This document shows positions 1-17,526 of a DNA stretch of 64,000 nt, piece by piece. Below the pieces are notes generated by a model. That model was given only the letters and a program-made list of their open reading frames with translations, ran no database searches and was not told the DNA's origin. The DNA comes from the human T2T-CHM13v2.0 reference genome, Homo sapiens: NCBI RefSeq assembly GCF_009914755.1, contig NC_060929.1, one strand, 5' to 3'. The translations under genes and the position numbers were made by a program. Within the stretch, counting starts at the first letter, position 1. Each line of letters starts with the position of its first letter.

Positions 1-2915
1 CTGGCCTTCAATTTCAATAATCGTTGAATCCAGTATTATCATGAAGGCAGAGAAATGAACCACAGAATTGTAATCACTCTTGGTGTTTTAATACTACTGA
101 ACATTGCTGATTGATATGGCTGAATATTCTTGTAACCTTAATTCAAATTTTTACACTGTATTTGTACTACTTATAGATAAAATAGATAAATATTATGGAA
201 CTGTTTTATATGTAAGTGTTTTTCAGTTTGAGGAAGAAGGGAGAGGAGGAAGGGGGAGCAAGTGAAACACCAAACAATACTCTGCAAGTAGGAAAATTCA
301 AAAAGCTGTAAGAACTCCTAACATTCTCGGAAGATTAAAGACCCTTGTGTGTATCTTCAAAATTATGAAAATGGAAATGTCTGTACAGACTGTTAACAAT
401 CTCCCACATTTATCCATAAATTAAAGATCCTGTGCTTATCCTCACCACCGGATAATGAATACATATCGTCACCAAAGTCTTATTTCTCAGGTAAACTTTT
501 GCATAGCAGAACACTTCATAAATTTACTGATTCTACATAGATTTGACTGTGTCATCAATCCAAGCTATTGCCAAAGTTGATGTGTTCCTCTCTAAATATA
601 TGTAAAGTATTTATTTTCTGTCCATGAATTATCATTTTCTTAGACTCTATCACATTAACTACCAGCACAAGAGGCTGGCTTTCAGTCATTTTTTTTTTTT
701 TAATACAGAAATAATTTGGTACCACAGCCTCAAAGCTGGAGAACAAAGCTAAGCTGTGAGGTGGATGTGAGGGACTGGTTTAGCCAAGTGACATGTTTCC
801 ATACATGCATGTGAGATCATAACAAAATTATAAATTTCCTGTGTCAAACCTTCCAGATGTTTTAAAAAGTCAAAACTTTGTACAGAAAAATCTATCAAAA
901 ACTTATTGTATTTCACAAAGAATGGTTTCATAGCAGGAAATGTAACGCAAGAAATTTAATCTGAGCAATTTGATGAGTAGCTGACATTAACCTATTTATA
1001 CCATACTTTCCCTTCTAATCTCTAAGAATATCCAGTACAGATTGTCAGTATTATAAATAGTCTTTATCTAAAAATTTCAAGCTTAAAAACCAGTTTCCAA
1101 ATCCTGACAACTGCAAACTGTACATTTAGGAAATACATGGTAACTTGCTTACAGAAGAGTTTACCTAACATTCCAAGAAAATTTCCAGTATTGGTTCAAT
1201 TAATAGTTTGGATGGGGCAAAATTAACCAGACTCACATCTAAAATTTCTGAGATTTCTAACAACCAATATGTCTGTCCTAAAATATAGCTAGCAGAATAA
1301 ATCTTAAAATTTTTTTTCCAAAAGCAAGCCACATAAAATAATTATTTTATGAAAAATTCAAGGTCAGAAAAGATTACCTAATACGAATAATCACTAAAGA
1401 AGTCAACACTCCAAGTTTAGTTTCAAACGACAATCTGTCGGACTAAAATGTCTATATAAGAGGATAATTGAAAAGATAGGAACTTATAGAAGCAAGGACT
1501 AAAATAACCCATTTTATATAAAAGGTCATTAAATGTTTATAGTCCAACATAAAGTCTTTTGGGAAACACCCAAAACCATATAATAATTTTAATGCCTCAA
1601 AAAATATAGGGACTGATCCAAAACAAAAAAAATATTTAAACCAGGATAGTGGTGGGATTTCTGCCCCTTAAAGTCTGTCATTTAATTCTTCTTCCCCAAA
1701 AGCAACAACTCTTGATCGCTATTAAACATGACTTAAACTGGCAACTTTTCAAGGAAATAGTTTAGTAATTTATGTAACAGATGTGCAAAGAAAACTACAC
1801 GAATGCGATAAGCCAAGAAAAACATCCTGATGTCCATAACTAAATTATGACCTGTGGGAGGAAGAAACTATGAAACTATTTCCCCTTCCTTACAACTTCA
1901 GTGGTTACCAATACCAAATTTTCAGATTTTGCCCATTTTCAGATATTAAAATGAACCTAGACCCCAGAAACTGTTCCAAAAGACAAGGCCATGCTAAAGG
2001 AAAATATTGCACACTTATGTATTTTTCATCAACTGCTTCATCTTTTATGGCTATTTTGTGGCAAATGCAAAGTAATATTGTATATTAGTTGATCAATAAT
2101 TTTTTAGAGATTATTAGGGCCTGAATTTTGTCTCTGGCATATACTACCTGATCCCTGGACACATCAACCACTGTGTGACTCTGCTTCCTCATCTGAAAGG
2201 TACCTATGTATTATTATCATTATGGAGATTAAATGAAATGACATGTGTAAAGCATTCAGTTTTCTGTTATTATTTATTATGTTGTATATGGAAGCCCTTC
2301 TACTCCCTCTCTAGCACAGGTGCTGCTGCTATTATGACCTGGGCAGATGACAGGCTTACAGAAAAACTGTCTCAAGACAGGCTAGTCCCACAATGCTAAG
2401 GCGTTTTTATTTTCCAGAGAGGCACTCTAGCAGCAGTAAGACTGCTGGAGGGGCTGTTTTGTGGCTAGCAAAAGTGAAAAATTGTGACGTTAAGGGAAGT
2501 AGGATGAAAAATAGCTTCCAAAATGTGGCAGCAATGGTACTTGGAACAATGTAAGCAACAGAGCAGGCAGAGGCAGTCACCACTAGAAAATTCCTTTCCT
2601 TCCATGGCCATAGAAGAAGAAGCCTCATAACACAAAAGTATATGAACGCTAACAACTATATAAAAACACATGTACATGTGAGCAAAGCCCGGAAGAACCA
2701 AAAAAACCATATGAAAACAGCTGTGTTAGAGTGGTAATAACTAGAGTGGGTTGAAGGGGGAGCATCTGTTTAAAAATTTAAAAATATTTTTAATTTATAC
2801 AACTTTAAAACTGACTTTTTAAAAGAAAACTAAAATAGCACTTGTAGTAAAACTTCTCTCAAATTGCTAAAGAAGTATCCCTGGGCTGATTTAATTTTGC
2901 TGGGGATCACCCCTA

Positions 2916-3313
<398 letters not shown>

Positions 3314-3705
3314 CTAAAAAGACAGCTTTGGGTGGAGGAAGGGCCAGAAGGTAAGGGTGTCAAGTTGCTCTCTGCCCCTAGGCTAGCTGTGGAACACTGT
3401 GCCCTCAACAGGAAAGACTGGGAATGACAGCCCCAACTCAAACTATTTCTATTTCCAGCTGATTTCTCTTATTATGTTTCTTTAAAACTTCCAAGATTTT
3501 CATTTTTAATTTTTTTAAAACAGTAGTCTAAATGATGTTTTGTGAAAAATACTTTGCCTGGAAGATATAATAGGTGCTATGTCAAAAAAGGGTTCCAGGG
3601 AAGGTCTGAAAAATGTTTAAACAAGGGCAACTTTATTCATGTAACACTTCTCAGAGACTATTATTTTAATGGTGCATTGTGAGTCTCCAAGAGAGATAAT
3701 GCACT

Positions 3706-6452
<2,747 letters not shown>

Positions 6453-7107
6453 GAGCTGCTTTTTACAATATTACTTTCTATGTATATTTGAGAAGTAAAT
6501 AAAGGTAAATTTGAGAAGTAAATAAAGGTAGTTTCACTACTTTTTGTCCTGAAAAATGATCTCAGGGGCATATCATAAAGCTGAGCAGGCTGCAAGCTGT
6601 CACTGGGATATTTGATACCATCTTTGGGGAACTATTTGTTTGGTGTCTACTTCCCATTACTTTCCCACACCTGTTAGTTCTGCACTTAAGAATACTGACA
6701 CTTCTAGCTGAGATTCCTACAAAAGCCATTTAACTATCTCTCCACTTCTGAGGTATCTTCTTTTCATTCATCTTCTACATGACCACATTAATCTTTCTAA
6801 TATTTAGTGTTGGCCATGTTAGTGCACCACAAATTCATCACTACTTTCCCTCAAACATTTTCCTCCTACTGTATCAGTGGACAGTACCATCCAAGGTTAT
6901 GGCTTGAGCAACACTTGAGAGATTACTTCTCTCCCTTCCTCCCACTGAATATCCAATCTACTCCCAGGTCTTTGCAATTCTATTCCCTAGGTACCTCTCA
7001 AATATGACTGTCCACTTCTCCCTACCCACACCAATACTACCTTAATCTAGGGTCACCACTATTTTTCACCTGGATTATTGGGAACAGCTTTGTAACTAGT
7101 CTCTCTA

Positions 7108-7572
<465 letters not shown>

Positions 7573-9051
7573 TCATATGAGATACCAGTTTACTTCTTCA
7601 GTCCCATTCATGTGTCATTCTCTCCTGAAGAATAGGCCTTTTGCACAGGCTATTCTCTCTGTCCCTGCTCTCCAGCTAACTCCACCTGATCATCAGGTCT
7701 TATAGCTTGAATGCCACTTCCTCCAAGAAACCTTCCTTAACTCCCAAAACAGTTGGGAGTCTGTGTACACGCTCTTCATAGCACCCTTTGCTTTCTACTA
7801 CCTAGAATTACAACTAAAACCAGTGTATCAGACCGGTGTGGCAGCTCACACCTGCAATCCCAGCACTTTGGGAGGCTGAGGTGGATCACTTGAGCCTCAG
7901 GAGTTCTGAACCAGCCTGGGCAACATGGTGAATCCTCATCTTTACAAAAAAATACAAAAATTATCCAGGCAAGGTGGTGTGCACCTGCAGTCCCAGCTAC
8001 TCAGGAGGCTGAGGTGGGAGGATCACTTGAACACAAGGAGGTCAAGGCTGCAGTGGGCCGTGATCGTGCCACTGCACTTCAGCCTGGGTGACAGAGTGAG
8101 ACCCTGCCTCAAAAAACAAAAACAGTGTATTGTAACAGGCATGTTTGTTTATTTACCCGTCTCCCCCTCTGGATTCCATACACCTGGGGACACAAAATAA
8201 TCTTGCTCTCTTAAAGAGCTCCAGTTCTGGCCAGGCACGGAGGCTCATACCTGTAATCCTAGCACTTTGGGAGGCCAAGGCAAGCGGATTGCCTAGGCAA
8301 GCGGATTGCCTAAGCTCAGTTCAGGAGTTCGAGACCAGCCTGGGCAACATGGTGAAACCCCATCTCTACTAAAATACAAAAAAAGTTAGCCAGGCATGGC
8401 AGTGTGCACCTGTAGCCCCAGCTACGCAGGAGGCTGAGGTAGGAGAATTGCTTGAACCGGGAGGCAGAGGTTGCAGTAAGCCGAGACTGCGCCACTGCGC
8501 CACCGCACTCCAGCCTGGGCAACAGAGCGATTAAAAAAAAAAAAACCTCCAGTTCCTGGATCAGTCTTGGTGACAGCAGATGTTCTGTTACTCTGTTCTG
8601 AGTAACAGAACAAAGGGACAAAAATTCTTAAATAGCTTCTTTAGGACTATAAAAAAAAGTCCTAATTGAACTGGTAATCAGAACCTGCATGATCAGGCCT
8701 CAACTTACCTATCTAGCCTTTTCTCTCATTCCCTCTGTTTCGTTTCCTTTATGGGATGATTACACTGCTTTACTAGCTGATTAGCATTACTGCCTTAACA
8801 ATATGCCCTTTACTTTCTTATCTCAGTGACTCTATGTGCTTCCAGAATCCCCACCTCTTTTCAAACCTAGTTTTCAACAAAGATGCAAAAATGAAGCCTT
8901 CCTGTTCTTTCCAACCCATAATTTCCCCCTTCCTTTGATCAAATCCAACATTACATTTTTAAACTCTTATGTATTATATTCTGCCTGTACAATGGCTATG
9001 TATGAATTTATTTTAATTACCTTAATATATTGTCAGTTTTAAAAAAGCAAA

Positions 9052-9690
9052 TAGAGTTGATCCTCTTTATTTATGGACTCCATATACGCAAATTTGCCTA
9101 CTCACTAAAATGTAACCTCAAAATCTGTATTCACGGTGCTTTCATGTTCATGAACATTAGCAGAGGAGCAAAAAACGTGAGTTGTCCAGAGCACACATTC
9201 CCATCCGAGGTCAAACAAGCTGACACTTTGCCTTCTTGTTTCAGTTCTCAAACCATAAACAAGGGTCCTTTCTATAATCTATTTGGTGCAACGTATTTCA
9301 CACTTTTATGCTTTACACGTTGGCAATTTCGCTGTTTAAAATGGCCCTGAGCATAGTGTTCAAGTGCTATGTAGTGCTCCTAAACACAGGAAGATTGTGA
9401 TATGCCTTACAGGAAAAAAATGCGTGTGAGATAAGCCCTGTTCAGACATCAGTTATAGTGCTGTTGGCAGTGAGTTCAATGTTAATAAATCAGCAATTTT
9501 TTTATATATTAAAAAAGATGTCTTTAAATAAAAACACACATAAAAAACAAAGTGACGTACTGACTGGCTAAAGAAAATGTCACCAGAGGCTCAAAGGAAC
9601 CTACCCCTGTGTTTTCCCCTAGGAGCAATGGTTCTGCTTAAGGCGACTTTATAAAACATAGCTACCTCATATAACCAGAACTGACTACAC
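9052..9690 (+). mobile_element. TcMar-Tigger non-autonomous DNA transposon (MER82-like)
   Basis: Matches my recollection of the MER82 consensus (GTTGATCCTC..TTTGCCTACTCACTAAAAT..GCCTTCTTGTTTCAG..GTGAGTTCAATGTTAAT). Confidence 0.7.
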
Positions 9691-10369
9691 TATATCTTAT
9701 GCAGTTTTCTTTCCCTCTCGGTGCCTAACAACGAATGTCTAACATAAGATGGCTTGTGAAAAACTGACAAATGAATATGTAAGTGAACTCCATGATATCT
9801 TGGGAACAGAGAAGGGAGAGGTGGAAAGGAAGAAAGGGGAGCTGAGACCAAGATATGAACAAGGGAACTAAAATAAACACCCTCTACTCAACAAACACAC
9901 AAAGCCAGCTCTTTTGGGGGCATGACTAGAAAGACTTATTAATTTACTATATCCTCTGAAATTAACTCAATGACCCCTTGCCAAGACTTAAAAAGTTAAG
10001 ATAACTTGGCACAAGATTTCTGTGTCCCATAGAAAGATTTGAAGAACTAAATGAAATCTAAAGTTAAAAAACATACTTCAAAAACATGAAAACTTCTCCT
10101 ACCCATGCTGAGTGTAAACTATGGATTTGGGAGCCATCACGAATTTCATTTCTATAGATGTACCAATTCTTTTATATAGACAATTTTCACTTTTCTGGCA
10201 GGTTGTTAATTGAAACTTGTACATACTGGAACCCTCTCCTTTTTTTGCACAATCTATTACCACAGAAGAACTGTACAAAGCCAAGACTGCTTTTTCTCAT
10301 ACTTCACACTCTCTTCCACAATACAGCCATATTTGTTTGGTTATTGGTTTTTAATACACATAACTCTAA

Positions 10370-10555
10370 TGGGCCAGGCATTGTCCTAAGCCACGGACAA
10401 TTCATTTAATCTTCCTAACAACTCTATGAGGCAGCTACTATTACTATCCCCATTTTACAGATGAGAAAACTGAGGCACAAAGAGGTTAAGTATCTCACTA
10501 GAGGTCACACAACCATTAACTGTCAAAACATGAACCCAGGCAGTCTGATTCCATA
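10370..10555 (-). mobile_element. MIR SINE
   Basis: Core CCCCATTTTACAGATGAGAAAACTGAGGCACA. Confidence 0.85.
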
Positions 10556-10619
10556 GATGAAGGTCCAGAGACCATGTTATTAATTGCTGTTTATAATCAT
10601 GATTTCAGCCACTATCACC

Positions 10620-11155
10620 TTCTACTCTTGTTCTCCCTTCCAATCCACTATCCAACTCAGCACCAAGAGTAAGTTACATGGCCCTGAGCATAGTGGTGTC
10701 ATTAAGCGGTGTCATTTTGCTCCCTTATCAAAATTCCTCATCAGCTGCTTATGACCCTTAGAATAAACCCAAACTCCACACAGTGGCTTACAAACCTCTG
10801 AAGCTACTCCTCTTCTTCCATGTTCTTGCCACACTGCACTGCCACTTTCTCACCAGCTCTTTCTTTATCCAGGACCTTGCTTATTCTAAAATATCCTCTC
10901 CTGGAACACTTTCTTTCACTTTCTTCACTCTACTTTTCAGTCTTAAAGTAGGTGCCACATCCTCAGAAAGGCCTCCTCTGGCCACTCTATCTAAAATAAT
11001 CCCACTCATCATTCTTAACTGCAGCCTCTTTTCTTCGTAACACAGAATGTATAATTATTTTGTTTACTTGCTCTTTTTATTTACCTCTACCAAAACTTGT
11101 TTACAGGTATATTTTCAAGTACCTACAAGAGTTGCAAATGATCAATAAATACTCA
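10620..11155 (+). mobile_element. L2 3' fragment (old LINE2)
   Basis: Pyrimidine-rich degenerate L2-like text (CCTTAGAATAAAACCCAAACTCC, CCTCAGAAAGGCCT, TCAATAAATA end). Confidence 0.6.
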
Positions 11156-11578
11156 TTATATTAAAAAGCCAGGTTATCCTGTGGCTTCCTGTTACTTCTG
11201 GTTATAACACTTTATTCCCCTTGGGATATAAGTATCTGACATGAGATGCATACCTATAATTTGAGTCTTCTTTATCAGCGATTATGTAAGCATTAAGAAT
11301 ATACTGGAAGCTGTAATCCCAGCACTTTGGGAGGCTGAGGCAGGAGGACTGCTTGAGCCCGGGAGTTTAAGACCATGCTGGGCAACATGGAGAGACCCTG
11401 CCTCTACAAAGTATAAAAAAATTACCCAGGCATGGTGGCCCACACCTGTGGTCTCAGCTACATGGGAGGTTGAGGTCAAGGCCGCAGTGGGCTAGATTGT
11501 GCCACTGCACTACAGCGTGGATGGCAGAGTGAGACCCTGTCCAAAGAAGGCAGGAAAGGAAGGATGGAATATATGTAA

Positions 11579-11580
<2 letters not shown>

Positions 11581-11608
<28 letters not shown>
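11581..11608. repeat. (AC)14 microsatellite
   Basis: Directly visible. Confidence 0.95.
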
Positions 11609-11612
<4 letters not shown>

Positions 11613-11687
11613 TGTAACTCATTAACTAAAAGATGTTTATCATCATGTATTCTAAAAACTCATACTTGAGAAATGCAATCGGTCTAA

Positions 11688-12047
<360 letters not shown>

Positions 12048-12250
12048 TGATCCACCAGCCTTGGCCTCCCAAAGTACTGGGATTATAGGCACCCTGTAAT
12101 CCCAGCCATCGCACAAGCCACCGTGCCCAGCCAAGATCTTTTACTCTTAATGTTCAAATTAAGAACTTAACATTTGTCCTACTTAAAATTACGTAATTTT
12201 TCAGCTTTATATACATTTTTTCTTAATTGCTGGAAAAATGCCACTTTTAA

Positions 12251-12616
<366 letters not shown>

Positions 12617-13568
12617 TGAATTATATATTTACTCTGTGAGTAAAGCCAGCCTAAGTACATGCTTAATACGTACATCTTAATTTTATCTATAAATTCTCAA
12701 TACTTTTTTCTACAAATTTTGCAAACGTGGATAGTTTACACTTCTATTTGCAAAATAAAGTGCCAGCGTTTAATTAGAATAGTGCTGCCATAATTGAGAC
12801 TCTTAAATTACTCAGTAATCAGTTGCTGGTATAAACAATTCAAAAACCAAAAGCAGTTGCAATATAACAGAACTATGAATTACAGGTGAAAGGCTGTAAC
12901 AAGAAATATTGTTAGGAAGAATATATTCTATGGGAGCATGTTATTGCCATAATCACAACCATTATCTACAATACATACACTTGTGTGGCATATGCTTTTT
13001 GTCTGTTCACACTTAACTCATTTTAAAAAAACAAATAGCATTGCTAGAAGTAGTGAAAATAGAACAGAAATATAGTGCTCTTCACAAATCTTATTCTCTT
13101 TATATTTAATAATATGAAACAGACCAGGTGTGCTGGCTCATGCCTATAATCCCAGCACTTTGGGAGGTGGGCGGATTGCTTGAGCCCAGGAGTTTGAGAT
13201 TTTCCTGGGCAACATGGCAAAACCCCATCTCTACAAAAAGTACAAAAATTGGCCAGATGTGGTGGTGTATGCCTGTAGTCCCAGGTACTAGGGAGGCTGA
13301 GGTGGGAGGATCACCTGAGCCCAGGAGGTCAAGGCTATAGTGGGCCATGATCGTGCCACTGCACTCCAGCCTTGGTGACAAAGGGAGACCCTGCCTCAAA
13401 ACAAAACAATCAAAAAAAGAAAATAAAACCTTAAGCTTTACTCAAAAGAAAAGTATCATCACCACACTTCCAAAGAACTTTGTCCCAGGCCAGGTGCGGC
13501 GGCTTACGCCTGCAATCCCAGCACTTTGGGAGGCCAAGGTCAGTGGATCACTTGAAGCCAGGGGTTCA

Positions 13569-13853
<285 letters not shown>

Positions 13854-13889
13854 TCAAGAAGTTCTAGAAATCTCCTAATTACAACAAAA

Positions 13890-13890
<1 letters not shown>

Positions 13891-13934
<44 letters not shown>
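13891..13934. repeat. (TCTA)11 tetranucleotide STR
   Basis: 11 perfect TCTA units. Confidence 0.95.
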
Positions 13935-13935
<1 letters not shown>

Positions 13936-16332
13936 ACATATAATCAACTGTATAATCTCTATTTTAAAAATATGCTTTACCACTAAGTGGAACCAAAACC
14001 AGGAGTCCTCAGAGAAATGGCTGATTCCAGGGCTGAAGCAGTCAAAGTTTCAGGATAAGCCTAAAACATCTTTGTACCAGAAGCTAAGGGTGCTCAAAAG
14101 AAAAAAGAGGAGGTCGGGCACCATGGCTCACTCCTAGCACTTTGGGAGGCCAAGGTGGGCAGACTGCCTGAGCTCAGCAGTTCGAGACCAGGCTGTTGCT
14201 ACTAAAAATACAAAAAAAATTAGCTGGGCATGATGGGCCTATAGTCCCAGCTACTCAGGAGGTTAAGGCAGGAGAATAGCTTGAACCCACAAGGCAGAGG
14301 TTGCAGTAAGCAGAGATTGTGCCACTGCACTCCAACCTGGGCAACAGCGTGAGACTGCCTCAAAAAAAAAAAAAAAAAAAAAGGAAAAAAGAGAAGAAGA
14401 ACTGAGGAATAGTCTATTTAAAAAAAAAAAACAAAAAACTGACTTGTAGTTTCCAAAATGCCTGTCGTGAAAGACAAAGAAAGGTTAAGAAACTCTTCAT
14501 TAAAAGAGACTAGAGAATCATGACAATTAATTAAATGAAATCCTGGAATGGGACAACTGACAAAACTGGAATATGGAAGAGGTAAAACTTGTTTCAATGT
14601 CAAATTTTCGGAATATTTTTTAACTACACTGTGGCTATCTAAAAGAATCATCCTTATTCTCAGGAAATGCACACTGAAGCATTGAAGCAAAGGGGGCATG
14701 ATGTATATAATCTACTTTCAAATGGATGAGGGAAGTAAGTGTGTGTGTGTATGTGTGTGCGTTTGCGTAAACAGAAAAAGATGGGGGTGGGGGAGGGCGA
14801 ATGACAAGCAAAGATGGCAAAATCTTAAAAATGGATGAATGTGGATAAAAAGTATACATGTATTCTCTTTACTACTCATTGTTAATTTTATGTGTCGTTT
14901 ATCTCAATAAAAAAATATATTTTTGGCTGGCATGGTGGCTCACGCTTGTAATCCTAGCACTTTGGAAGGCTGAGATAAGTGGATTGCTTGAGCCCAGGAG
15001 TTCAGAGTTCGAGAACAGCCTGAGCAACACAGCGAGACCCCATCTCTTTAAAAAAGAGAAAAGTGTATATATTTTTTTCTTTTTAATATGCCTCAATAAG
15101 TAACATACACTTGGAACAAAGTCAAACTTCATGAAAAGGATTGGTTGTAGTCAGGTGCAGTGGTTCACACATGCAATCCCAGCACTTTGGAAGGCCAAGG
15201 CAGGCAGATTGCTTGAGCTCAGGAGTTCAAGACCAGCCTGGGCAGCATGGCAAAACCACGTCTCTATAAAAAAATACAAAAACTAATTAGCCAGCATGGT
15301 GGCATATGCCTGTAGTTCCAGCTACACGGGAGTCTAGAGTGGGAGGACTACTTGATGCCGGGAGGTTGAGGCAGCAGTGAGCCATGATGGTGTCACTGTA
15401 ATCCAGCCTGGGTGACAGAGCAAGAGCCCGTGTTTAAAAAAGAAAAGAAAAAGGTCAGGCACGGTGGCTCACACCTATAATCCCAGCACTTTGGGAGGCC
15501 GAGGTGGGCAGACCACCTGAGGTCAGGAGTTCGAGACCAGCCTGGCCAACATGGTGAAACCCCATCTCTACTGAAAACACAAAAATTAGCTGGGCATGGC
15601 AGTGCACACCTGTAGTCCCAGCCACTCGGGAGGCTGAGGCAGAAGAATCGCTTGAACCTGGGGAGGCAGAGGTTGCAGTGAGCCAAGATGTACCACTGCA
15701 TTGCAGCCTGGGTGACAGAGTGAGACTCAATCTCAAAAAAAAAGAAAAAAGAAAAGGATTGGTTGGTATTTCCTTTTCATTCTGAGCCATCATTTTTTTT
15801 CGGGTTTTTTGTGTGTGTCTTGTTCTGTTGTCCAGGTGGAGTGCAGTGGCACAACCAGGGCTCATTGAAGCCTCCATCTGCGGAGCTCAAGCAATTCTCC
15901 TGCCTCAGCCTCCTGAGTAGCTGGGACTATAGGCGTGCATCATCACATAATCTGTGAGCCTCGCTAATTTTATATTTTTTGTAGAGACAGGGTCTTATTA
16001 TGTGGCCCTGGCTAGTTTCAAACTTCTGGGCTCAACAAATCCTCCCTCCTCAGCCTCCAAAAGTGCTAGGATTACAGCGATGAGCCAGCACGTCCAGCCG
16101 AGCTGTCATTTTCTTGATTTTACAATTTGAAGAACATTTATTTCAGAGCTGAACTAGCCAATAAGTAGCTCTCAAGTGCAGTCATTCTTCCACTAACTCA
16201 CTGAAGAGTTAAAATGCAGCATGAACATTATAAGCTTTTAGATATAGATGTAAGTTTTAATGTAAAGGAAATTTTACTAGAGTTAAAACACATACTTTTA
16301 CCGAATGTTGATAATTAAAATCTTATTTTATA

Positions 16333-16456
16333 GTTAAGTTACAGTAAAAGGAACAATCACTATTGTGTAAGTTATGCAAATTTTATTCTTATTCTTTTGG
16401 GACACCCACTACCAACAATATCCCAAAGCCATGTTGGTATGTCAAGCAGTCTTAAG
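16333..16456 (+). repeat. Left arm of a 124-bp inverted repeat
   Basis: Reverse complement of 17527-17650 with 3 mismatches. Confidence 0.95.
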
Positions 16457-16519
16457 TACTTATAAGTAAAAAATCTTAAAAGTCATTTTACTCAATAATA
16501 CACAAAAATACCCTCCAGG

Positions 16520-16616
16520 GGCTGAGGCAGGAGAATGGCATGAATCCGGGAGGCGGAGCTTGCAGTAAGCCGAGATCCGCCACTGCACTCTAGCCAGGGT
16601 GATACAGCGAGACTCC
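16520..16616 (+). mobile_element. Tail-less internal fragment of an AluY right arm
   Basis: AluY-type GAATGGCATGAA..GGCGGAGCTTGCAG. Ends at GAGACTCC with no poly-A. CTCCAGG occurs on both sides. Confidence 0.85.
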
Positions 16617-17526
16617 AGGACACTTTAAAAAGGTCTTATAATTGTTCTAGTTAATGACAGAAGTTAATAAACACTAGCAAAATGTTATATTTGGATATGA
16701 TGGTAACAGACTATTTATGACTCTAAATCACTAGAATATCCATCCCACTTATTAGAAAAACTTTGTTGAATATTTACCATAAAATATTTATTTGAAAGTT
16801 GCTTTGCAAATATCAGCCATTACAAATCCAACTGCATATCTTGTGGTACACATTATCTATTCCAGTACAAGTTCCTCAAATCCAATTTTCAATAAATTTT
16901 AAAAGTTTAAGCTCCTAGGGTTCATTTACAGAAACAAAGTATAGAAATATTATTTCTATTTAACAAGCAAAACACTCCTATTCTGTACTTACAGCAACTT
17001 CAGACTCACATCGTTTTGCGTGTAAGTTTAACCATGAAATATTCTTTCCTATTGCTGGCAGTTGCTTAAGGCCACTTGCACAGCTTATTTGCTCTTTAAA
17101 GTTAATCGATTTTGTTTTATAAAAGTAAGGACGGTGAGGTGTTTTTCTTGCCAGAGGTATCATATGTTAGACTGGTTTCACAAGAAGATCAAATATCCAA
17201 GGTACTCAAAAATGAGTAGAGCCCAAGGGTTTTATTTGTATTTTAGATCCCAATTCTAGTTTTCACAGGTATGATAAGATAGCCACTAAAAAAATTTTTA
17301 GAGTAAAAATTTTACTGTTAAAGGGGTTTAAATTTTATAAAAATTTATTTCCCAACTTAATTCCTATTAATTGGAACCTAAAAATGGCCTTTGTTCATCT
17401 AAATTTTAAACTTTTTAACAACTTCAGAAAATGCCTCACAATGACAAAACTAAAGAAATAAAACAAAAGTAAAGAACAATAATTTACTGACAACACAATG
17501 GTAAATAATTTACAAACAACAAGCAT

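Noticed and set aside
10099-10330. Minus-strand 61-aa ORF ending at a possible GG|GTAGGA donor (cryptic CLINT1 exon?)
   Set aside because: No recognisable homology and no convincing acceptor; not supportable without transcript data.
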